This document shows, piece after piece, positions 36,830 to 43,450 of a stretch of DNA of 43,450 nt. The DNA lies in contig CALGEF010000426.1 of the NCBI GenBank assembly GCA_937881755.1, forward strand, positions 1 through 43,450, given 5' to 3'. Origin of the DNA: an uncultured Acidobacteriota bacterium. Its GTDB lineage: Bacteria > Pseudomonadota > Alphaproteobacteria > Caulobacterales > Hyphomonadaceae. Under the pieces are notes generated by a model. That model saw nothing but the letters and a program-made list of their open reading frames with translations. It was not told the DNA's origin and searched no databases. How positions within the stretch are numbered: the first letter of the stretch is position 1; every line of letters begins with the position of its first letter. The translations under genes and the position numbers were made by a program.

Positions 36830-36916
36830 TGCAACAAGCCAGAGCAGGCGCGGCAGGATCTGGACTGGCCGGCTTCAGGCCACAAACGCGCCGCTGACAC
36901 GGGGAGAAAACGACCG

Positions 36917-38119
36917 ATGCCTGAGAATGCGCTGGACGAGTTGGGACTGCCGCTGATCCACGCGACCGCGGGGCTGGAGGCGGCGGGGCTGCAGCCGGCG
37001 ACCGACCGCCACGGACAGTCGGTCCGGGCGTGGGTGCGGTCACTGGGCGGGATCCAGAAAGACGGTGTCACGCTTTCGGGCCTGACCGGACGCGCGTGGC
37101 GTTTCGCCTCGGACGAAGGGGCCCATCTGGGCGGGTACGACGCGGCGCCGAACCCGCTGAGCTATGTCAGCGTCGGCATGGCCGCGTCTTTCATGACCGA
37201 GCTCAGGGCGCTTGCGTCAGCGCGGGCCATCACTCTGGACGATCCGGTGCTGACGCTCGAGAACTTTTACTATCGCGACGGGTCATTCCCAAAGGGCACG
37301 ATGATCTCGGGCGCACTGTCGCCGGAGGTGTCACTGACCTGCCGGAGTGGTGCCGACCCCGCCGACCTGCAACGGCTTCTGATCGACGCTATCGCGGCTG
37401 CGCCGGTCAACGGGCTGGTGCGCGACGAAAAGATCAGCCTGTTCACTCTGACCCATAACGGACGCCAGATCGATCCCGTCACGCTGGCGGCCCTGCCCGG
37501 GCCGGCGCTTGCGGATCCGGGCGATCCGATCGCAGGGCTGACGCCTGTCCTGAACGACGCCGCGACCGGCCCCCTGGCGGAAAAAACCCTGTCGGAAGAG
37601 GACATGGTGCGGCGGATCCAGGCCAACCCGCCCGAGGCACCCGTGCTGGACGGTGCGAAGAAGCTGCTGCATCTCAGAACGACCTGCCGGGTCCGTCCTG
37701 ACGGCACCTATGACTGCCTGAGGGAGCAATACGCACAGGCCTCCGCGTCGTGGCGCTTTGTCGTCGACGATCGACCCGACGCGAGGGCGGCCATCGCCCC
37801 GGATTCGATGAGCCATTTCTCGATCGGTGTCGCGTTCTGCTTCATGACGCAGATCGGGCGCTATGCGCACATGGCGAAGCTGCCTCTGGATGGCTACCGC
37901 GTGGTGCAGGACATCCATTTTACCAAAGGTGGCGCGTCCAGCGGGACAGGCGAGGCGGGGACAGCCGATCCGGTCGAAACGCACGTCTTCATGGACTCGG
38001 GCAGCGATGATGACACCGCGCGCGGGATCGCCGCTGTGGCCGAACGGACCTGCTTCCTGCACGCCTTGTGCCGGGATCGGGCTAAGGTGAAGGTCAGGGG
38101 CATGCCGGTTTCAACCTGA
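36917..38119 (+). CDS. Tandem (two-domain) OsmC/Ohr-like protein
   Basis: Domain 1: SDEGAHLGGYDAAPNPLSY..ASF..AAAPV. Domain 2: APDSMSHFSIGVAFCFMTQ..AERTCFLH. Confidence 0.72.
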   Translation: MPENALDELGLPLIHATAGLEAAGLQPATDRHGQSVRAWVRSLGGIQKDGVTLSGLTGRAWRFASDEGAHLGGYDAAPNPLSYVSVGMAASFMTELRALASARAITLDDPVLTLENFYYRDGSFPKGTMISGALSPEVSLTCRSGADPADLQRLLIDAIAAAPVNGLVRDEKISLFTLTHNGRQIDPVTLAALPGPALADPGDPIAGLTPVLNDAATGPLAEKTLSEEDMVRRIQANPPEAPVLDGAKKLLHLRTTCRVRPDGTYDCLREQYAQASASWRFVVDDRPDARAAIAPDSMSHFSIGVAFCFMTQIGRYAHMAKLPLDGYRVVQDIHFTKGGASSGTGEAGTADPVETHVFMDSGSDDDTARGIAAVAERTCFLHALCRDRAKVKVRGMPVST

Positions 38120-38221
38120 CCCGGCCAGACAGGGCATCCAAGGCCACCGCGCCTGCCGCAAACCGCAAGGGTACCAGCCCGTCAAATTCCGAAGAGTGCT
38201 TCCCGGGACATCCCGAGGGGT

Positions 38222-38248
38222 TCCGGCGGCCGTTGACCGGCCGCCGGA
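38222..38248. terminator. Hairpin between convergent genes (possible bidirectional terminator)
   Basis: TCCGGCGGCCG-ttgac-CGGCCGCCGGA. Confidence 0.55.
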
Positions 38249-38259
38249 GGAAAAAACCG

Positions 38260-39333
38260 TCAGATTGCCGCGGGACGGCGCGCGATCCCCAGCGCGTCCT
38301 GCGCTTCCCAAAGGTAGGTGAGGTCGAAGTGATCACGCCATTGCGTCCCTGCGGGAACGTCTTCGGTCTGGATCAGTTCGGCGACGAAGTCGTCCATCGA
38401 CTGGGCGTTTTCGAACCCGGCGTCCTTGCTGAGCTGCGAGACCTCTACCTCGTAGAGCGCCCGGAACGAGTCCGGGATCTCGTAGCCCAGATCGACCATG
38501 ACCTGGTACGCCTGTTCCTTGTTTGCCGGGTCATGGAGCCACTGCCGCGCCTTCAGGTCGGCCCGCAGCCATGCACGCACCGTATCGGCATTATCCTCAA
38601 GCCAGTCGCCCATGACGGCGAAGCCTTCCTGCGGCAACTTCTGGAGTTCCTGGAAGATGAACTTGCCGCCAGCCGCGACAAGCGGCGCCTCGTGGCGCGG
38701 GAACAGGCTTGCCCCCTGCACCTGGCCCGCCAGCAGCGCACCAAGCCGCGAGTCCGATCCGCCCGACGACGGCACCATCTGCACGTCGGTGTCGGGATTC
38801 AGGCCCATTTTCTTCAGGACTTCCCGCATGATGTAGGTATTGCGGCCGGCAAGGTTGCCGCCCGTGATGGACTTGCCACGCAGGTCATCGACCGTTTCGA
38901 TCCCCGGGGCGACGCCCATGATCCACCATTCGCTGTCGCGGTGGATCGAGATCATCTTGACCGGCAGGCCACTCTGCACCGCCGCCGAGAGGAACGTGCT
39001 TACATCGCCATGGGCGATGTCGAGGCTGCCGCCGATGAGACCGGGGACGTACTCCTCGCTCAGGACGACCTCAAGCTCATCCATGCCGACCTCTTCGAGG
39101 TAGCCGAGCGCTTGAACCAGCCGGAACGTCCACTGGGTCGCGTAGTTGGGATTCTCGGTCCCCAGTTTGATCGCGCGAAGGTTCGCCATGACAGCGTCGG
39201 CACTGGGCGTCTGCGCGCCCGCGATGTCGAACGTTGACGCAGCGATGAGCGTGCCAAGTACACCGGCGCCGCCCCGCATAAGGACATCACGGCGGCCCAA
39301 TCTGATCGGGCCATTACTACGAAATTTGGACAT
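38260..39333 (-). CDS. NitT/TauT (NMT1/THI5-like) ABC substrate-binding protein with a Tat-like signal
   Basis: GRRDVLM..hydrophobic..AGA leader, GYLEEVG, IETVDDLRGK, LKKMGLNP.DV, RLGALLAGQVQG. Confidence 0.85.
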   Translation of the reverse strand: MSKFRSNGPIRLGRRDVLMRGGAGVLGTLIAASTFDIAGAQTPSADAVMANLRAIKLGTENPNYATQWTFRLVQALGYLEEVGMDELEVVLSEEYVPGLIGGSLDIAHGDVSTFLSAAVQSGLPVKMISIHRDSEWWIMGVAPGIETVDDLRGKSITGGNLAGRNTYIMREVLKKMGLNPDTDVQMVPSSGGSDSRLGALLAGQVQGASLFPRHEAPLVAAGGKFIFQELQKLPQEGFAVMGDWLEDNADTVRAWLRADLKARQWLHDPANKEQAYQVMVDLGYEIPDSFRALYEVEVSQLSKDAGFENAQSMDDFVAELIQTEDVPAGTQWRDHFDLTYLWEAQDALGIARRPAAI

Positions 39334-39382
39334 TCACTTACCTCCCTTTTGTGCCGTCACTGGCTATTGAAGATCCGAAAGT

Positions 39383-40267
39383 CTACATCTTGAGTTGCTG
39401 GCGCCACGGCGCCACGCGCTTTTCGATCGTTGAAGTGAGCTTGATCAGCGACAACGACACGATGACGAGAAGCATTAGGACCGCGTACATCAGTTCGGAA
39501 TTGAACGTGTCCGCAGCCCGATTGATGAGAAACCCGAGCCCCATCGAACCACCGAAGATTTCTGCGATGACGACCCCGATCAGGCCACGGCCGATCCCTT
39601 GCTGCACGCCCGAAATGATGAAGGGCAGCGTGTAGGGAAACACGACGTGCAAGTAGATGTCGCGTTCCTTAGCGCCGAAGACCTTGGCGGCGGCGATCAG
39701 CGACTTCTCGGTCGTCTTCACTCCGGCCCAGGCGTTGATGATGATCGGGAACACAGCCGAGAGCACGATGATCGTGATCTGCATCTTGACCGTGAAGCCC
39801 ATGAACAAGATGAACAGCGGCACCAGAGCAATCCTTGGCAGCGAAGCCAGCGCCCAGACATAGGGGCCGAGGATCGTCTCGATATACTTGTTGCCGCCCA
39901 TCAGAAGTCCCGCAGGGATCCCGATCACGCAGGCGATCACGAGACCAATCGAGAGATTGCGAAGCGTGTAGGTAAGGTGATCGATGATCTGACCGGAGTA
40001 GGCGGCCGTCGGCGGCGCCGAGTTCGTCAGCCCCTCAAACATGGTCCCGAACATCCCGCTCGCCGTCGGCAAGAAGATCTGGTTGATCGCGCCCGACCGC
40101 GCAAAAAGCTCCCAGATTATGAAGAAGCAGGTCAGGTTGACGACAGTGACCCAGACCGGCCCGTACCTGTCCAGCATGTCCGTAAGGGAGAATTTCATCG
40201 ACCGGATGCGGTCGGCGTCATCAAATGCGCCCTTGCTCCCGGAAGCATTGGAATCAATCTTTGCCAT
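39383..40267 (-). CDS. NitT/TauT ABC permease
   Basis: LPRIALVPLFILFMGF, LIAAAKVFGA, PYTLPFIISG, GVVIAEIFG..GLG. Confidence 0.92.
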   Translation of the reverse strand: MAKIDSNASGSKGAFDDADRIRSMKFSLTDMLDRYGPVWVTVVNLTCFFIIWELFARSGAINQIFLPTASGMFGTMFEGLTNSAPPTAAYSGQIIDHLTYTLRNLSIGLVIACVIGIPAGLLMGGNKYIETILGPYVWALASLPRIALVPLFILFMGFTVKMQITIIVLSAVFPIIINAWAGVKTTEKSLIAAAKVFGAKERDIYLHVVFPYTLPFIISGVQQGIGRGLIGVVIAEIFGGSMGLGFLINRAADTFNSELMYAVLMLLVIVSLSLIKLTSTIEKRVAPWRQQLKM

Positions 40268-41130
40268 CAGTCATCTCCATGTGCGCCGGACAGCGCCTCG
40301 TCCTTGACAAGGCGCCAGATGTGCTCGCGGATTTCAGCGTATTCCGGGAGCGACTTCAGCTCTTGGTCGAAGCGCGGCCGTGGCAGGTTGACGTCGATCA
40401 CCTCCTTGATCCGACCGGGCCTGCGCGAGATCACGACGATCCGGTCGCCCAGCGTGATGGCCTCGTCGATCGAGTGGGTGATGAACACGACTGTCTGCCG
40501 GGTCTTGGTCACGAACCGCTCCAGCTCGCTCTGCATGGCCTCGCGCGTCATGGCGTCGATGGCGGCAAAGGGCTCGTCAGCAAGCAAGATCTTTGGCTCG
40601 GTAGCCAAAGCGCGGGCAATGCCCACACGCTGTTTCATGCCGCCCGACAATTCATAGGGAAACGATTTCTCGAAACCCGTCAGCTCGACGAGTTCCAGAT
40701 ACCGCGCGACACGCTCGTCGATCTGCGCCTTCGAAAGCTTGAGGTCCTGGAACTCGAACGGCATGCGGACATTCGATTCAACCGTCCGCCACGGCATCAG
40801 CGCGTAGTCCTGGAACACCATCCCGCGGTCGGGGCCGGGCCCCGTGACCGGACGGCCATCGACCTCGATACTGCCTTCCCACGGCGGGACCAGACCCGAG
40901 ATCGCGTTGATGAAGGTCGTCTTGCCGCACCCCGACGGGCCAAGCAGGCAGACGAACTCGCCTTTGTAGATCGTCAGGTTGATGTCTTTCAGCGCCGTCA
41001 GCAGCTTGCGCTCGCGATGAAGCTTGTAGCCGATCGTCAGGTTCTTGGAGACAATAACAGGCTCCCTAGCCGGGCTTTGCCCCGCGTCCACCCCTTGTAG
41101 CGGAGCGATTCCGCCCGCAGAAACTCCCAT
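40267..41130 (-). CDS. NitT/TauT ABC ATP-binding protein
   Basis: GPSGCGKTT, VFQDYALMPWRTV, LSGGMKQRV, LLADEPFAAID, THSIDEA. Confidence 0.95.
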   Translation of the reverse strand: MGVSAGGIAPLQGVDAGQSPAREPVIVSKNLTIGYKLHRERKLLTALKDINLTIYKGEFVCLLGPSGCGKTTFINAISGLVPPWEGSIEVDGRPVTGPGPDRGMVFQDYALMPWRTVESNVRMPFEFQDLKLSKAQIDERVARYLELVELTGFEKSFPYELSGGMKQRVGIARALATEPKILLADEPFAAIDAMTREAMQSELERFVTKTRQTVVFITHSIDEAITLGDRIVVISRRPGRIKEVIDVNLPRPRFDQELKSLPEYAEIREHIWRLVKDEALSGAHGDD

Positions 41131-41175
41131 CTTGCGCTCCTCCCTTGTTCCTCCACGGATGACGCTATATGAACC

Positions 41176-41187
41176 GAAATCGATTGC
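41176..41187. promoter_or_regulatory. LacI-type operator GAAATCGATTGC
   Basis: One mismatch to GCAATCGATTGC; lies in the divergent region between the NitT/TauT operon and the MFS gene. Confidence 0.65.
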
Positions 41188-41272
41188 ATAGACATTTTAT
41201 GCGGCTCACCAAGATGCTCGAACCACCGGAGACGCTCTATCCCCCGCAGGCGCCCCGCCGGCCGGTCGTCCA

Positions 41273-42511
41273 ATGACCAACATCCACGCCGAGGACCGTC
41301 CGACGCGCTGGCCCGCCTTTCGGCATAGGGGCTTCACTGCCTACTGGATTGCACTGGTGGCGACCGGTTTCGCGGTGCAGATTCTGACCGTCGCGATCGG
41401 TTGGCAGGTCTACGAACTGACCCGCGATCCGTTCGATCTGGGGCTTGTCGGCCTGTCGCAGTTCGCCCCCGCGCTCGCCCTGATGCTTGTCACCGGGGCC
41501 GTCGCGGACCGATTCTCGCGCCGCTGGGTGATGGCTATCAGCCTTGTCATCATGGCTGGATGCGCGGCGCTGTTCGCCCTGATCGCGCGAACGGGAATGT
41601 CGGACGTGCTTTTCATCTTCGCGCTGCTTGCGGTCTTTGGCACGGTCCGCGCCTTTTACAATCCCGCGCGCCAGTCGATCGTGCCCAACATCGTGCCCGC
41701 CCGAGACCTTGCCAACGCGATCGCGCTCAACACGACCGCCCACAACGTGGCGACGATCTCGGGCCCGGTGGCGGGCGGCATCCTGTACGCCGTCCGCCCC
41801 GACCTCGCCTATCTTGTCGCGATGGCGCTGCTTGCGGGGTCCGCCGCGCTGGTCCTGCGCATTCCCAAGGCAGCACACCGCGCGCCGATCGTCGGCGCAA
41901 GCTGGACCGCGCTCAGCGCAGGCCTGCGCTACATCCTGCGGGACAAGATCGTGCTCGGGGCGATGTCGCTTGATCTTTTTGTCGTGATCCTTGGCGGGGC
42001 GGCGGCGCTGCTGCCAATCTACGCCAGTGACATCCTGAACGTCGGGCCCACCGGATTGGGCGTGCTGCGGGCCGCCCCGGCTGTTGGCGCGATTGGGGTC
42101 GGCCTCTACCTCATGACTGTTCCGATCCGCGACCATGCGGGCCTTGTCCTTTTTGCCAGCGTGGCGGGCTTCGGGCTTTTCACGCTGATCTTTGCCCTGT
42201 CCGAGATCTTCTGGCTGTCGGTCGTGGCGCTCACCATCGTCGGTGGGTGCGATATGATCAGCGTCTACGTGCGCAGCACGCTGGTCCAGCTCTGGACGCC
42301 CGACGAGCTGCGCGGCCGCGTCAACTCGGTAAATCAGGTCTTCATCGGCGCCTCGAACGAGGTTGGCGGCTTCCGCGCCGGAACGATGGCGGCTTTCGTG
42401 GGCACCGTGCCGGCCGTGGCAATCGGCGGGCTGGGCGCTCTGGTGGTCGCGGCGCTCTGGATGCGCTGGTTCGGCGAGTTGCGGCGCATCCGGCGCCTTG
42501 ATTCGCCCTGA
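41273..42511 (+). CDS. MFS transporter (EntS/MefA/DUF894-like, possibly efflux)
   Basis: IGWQVYELTRDPFDLGLVGL, GAVADRFSRR, SLDLFVVILGG..LLPIYA, TPDELRGRV. Confidence 0.9.
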   Translation: MTNIHAEDRPTRWPAFRHRGFTAYWIALVATGFAVQILTVAIGWQVYELTRDPFDLGLVGLSQFAPALALMLVTGAVADRFSRRWVMAISLVIMAGCAALFALIARTGMSDVLFIFALLAVFGTVRAFYNPARQSIVPNIVPARDLANAIALNTTAHNVATISGPVAGGILYAVRPDLAYLVAMALLAGSAALVLRIPKAAHRAPIVGASWTALSAGLRYILRDKIVLGAMSLDLFVVILGGAAALLPIYASDILNVGPTGLGVLRAAPAVGAIGVGLYLMTVPIRDHAGLVLFASVAGFGLFTLIFALSEIFWLSVVALTIVGGCDMISVYVRSTLVQLWTPDELRGRVNSVNQVFIGASNEVGGFRAGTMAAFVGTVPAVAIGGLGALVVAALWMRWFGELRRIRRLDSP

Positions 42512-42597
42512 ACTTCCCGCCTCCTCGTTGACAGGACGTGGACCGGACGCTACCGGGAAAAGCGCAATCGGCTTTCGCAACAAAGGGGTTTTTCGCC

Positions 42598-43257
42598 ATG
42601 CTCAGGGCCGCACCACCGTCGCTGAGGCTTTACTGGGGACCGGGGACCTGTTCCTTTGTGGCCCATTTCGCGCTCGAGCGGCTGCGGCGCGAGCTTGGCG
42701 TCGCATATGACGACACGCGGATCGTGCTTGCCCAGCGCGAACACTTCGCGCCTGAATTCCTCGCCGTGAACCCGCGCCACCAGGTGCCGACGCTGATGAT
42801 CGGCACAACGCCCCTGACGCAGCTTGCAGCGATCCTGCACTACCTTGACCACACCTTCCCCGAGGCGCAGCTTTTCCCCCCGCCCGGCCCGATGCGCTGG
42901 CAGGCGCTGTCGACGTTTCTCTGGCTCAACACGACCGTGCATCCCAGCCACACACGCCTCTTCCGCCCCGAGCGGTTCGGCGGCGAGGCCGGCGCCGCCA
43001 GCGTGGCCGAGATTGCCCGGACCACCTTCGCAGCCGCCCTTGGCGAGATCGAGACCCTTTGCGCCGGCGCGCCGCACTTCCTCCACGGCGATCGCCCCGA
43101 TGCAGTGGACGCCTACGTCTTCGTCATTCTTCACTGGGCCGGTCTGCGCGGCTTCGACCTGCAACAATTTCCTGCGACCGTGGCGCTGGTTGAGCGGTTC
43201 CGCGCGACCGAAGCGGGCGGCGCGATCGTGGAAAAGGAAGGGCTGGCGCTGTCCTGA
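42598..43257 (+). CDS. Glutathione S-transferase family protein (beta-class-like)
   Basis: LYWGPGTCSFVAHFALE, FLAVNPRHQVPTL, LTQLAAILHYL, AVDAYVFV..W. Confidence 0.88.
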   Translation: MLRAAPPSLRLYWGPGTCSFVAHFALERLRRELGVAYDDTRIVLAQREHFAPEFLAVNPRHQVPTLMIGTTPLTQLAAILHYLDHTFPEAQLFPPPGPMRWQALSTFLWLNTTVHPSHTRLFRPERFGGEAGAASVAEIARTTFAAALGEIETLCAGAPHFLHGDRPDAVDAYVFVILHWAGLRGFDLQQFPATVALVERFRATEAGGAIVEKEGLALS

Positions 43258-43269
43258 CGGCTGGCCAAG

Positions 43270-43450
43270 GGCTTTGTTGCACAAATCCCGTGAGGGATTC
43301 ATCTTGTGAATCCAGCGTGGTAGCTGGGATGCATGAGCAGGCCGACACCACCGACCTACAAGACCAGGAACTGGCCAGCCTAGAATGAAGCGCTCAAGCG
43401 CCGGGGCTCGCTGACGATCTGGTTTGACCCCGAGATGACCTGGGATGCCG
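43270..43450 (+). mobile_element. IS5 family (IS903 group) insertion sequence, left end, truncated by the window edge
   Basis: Terminal IR GGCTTTGTTGCACAAATC (43270-43287; IS903-like GGCTTTGTTG end) followed by a transposase N-terminus. Confidence 0.88.
43333..43450 (+). pseudogene. IS5/IS903-group transposase N-terminus with a premature TAG at codon 17
   Basis: MSRPTPPTYKTRNWPA*NEALKRRGSLTIWFDPEMTWDA; the family consensus NWxxYNxAL..RGSLTIW has Tyr at the TAG position (43381-43383). Confidence 0.85.

Noticed and set aside
1888-43383. Two in-frame TAG codons (R-M gene and transposase) suggesting amber recoding or pyrrolysine
   Set aside because: TAG is the normal stop of several intact genes here (e.g. 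ends at 6170, 15411, 28498, 31629, 39383), no pyl genes are present, and both cases are in selfish/defence genes that commonly decay.

Overview
High-GC alphaproteobacterial DNA, Rhodobacteraceae-like on the basis of gene content (inference). From left to right: (1) the 5' part of a fused restriction-modification/N6-adenine methyltransferase gene (minus strand, running off the left edge) with an in-frame TAG at codon 30; (2) a degenerate tRNA 3'-end fragment that looks like an att scar; (3) pckA outside its usual chvI-chvG context; (4) a ~39 kb catabolic island (4060-43257); (5) the start of an IS5/IS903-group element whose transposase has a premature stop. The island encodes a two-subunit NicAB/IorAB-like molybdenum hydroxylase and a TPP-dependent 2-oxoacid/acetoin-type dehydrogenase whose E2 is split into a lipoyl-bearing, catalytically dead protein and a separate lipoyl-less catalytic protein, with no E3 in the window. 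It also encodes an SSADH-like aldehyde dehydrogenase, two M24-fold proteins with non-canonical metal sites, three alpha/beta hydrolases (one closely resembling 2,6-dihydroxypseudooxynicotine hydrolase), an amidohydrolase_2 decarboxylase, creatininase, cupin, FAH and GST family proteins, a tandem OsmC protein and several oxidoreductases. Transport is covered by two ABC importers (one ATPase has a DnaJ-like CxxCxGxG zinc-finger insertion) and two MFS transporters. Two palindromic operator sets can be read directly from the DNA: GCAATCGATTGC-like (5 sites, LacI-type) and ATTGT(CA/AT)(G/T)ACAAT (3 sites, GntR/FadR-type). They tie the dispersed operons into what looks like one uncharacterised, mainly hydrolytic degradation pathway, probably for an N-heterocycle. 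The substrate is inferred, not shown. All product calls come from motif recognition by eye; no searches were run.
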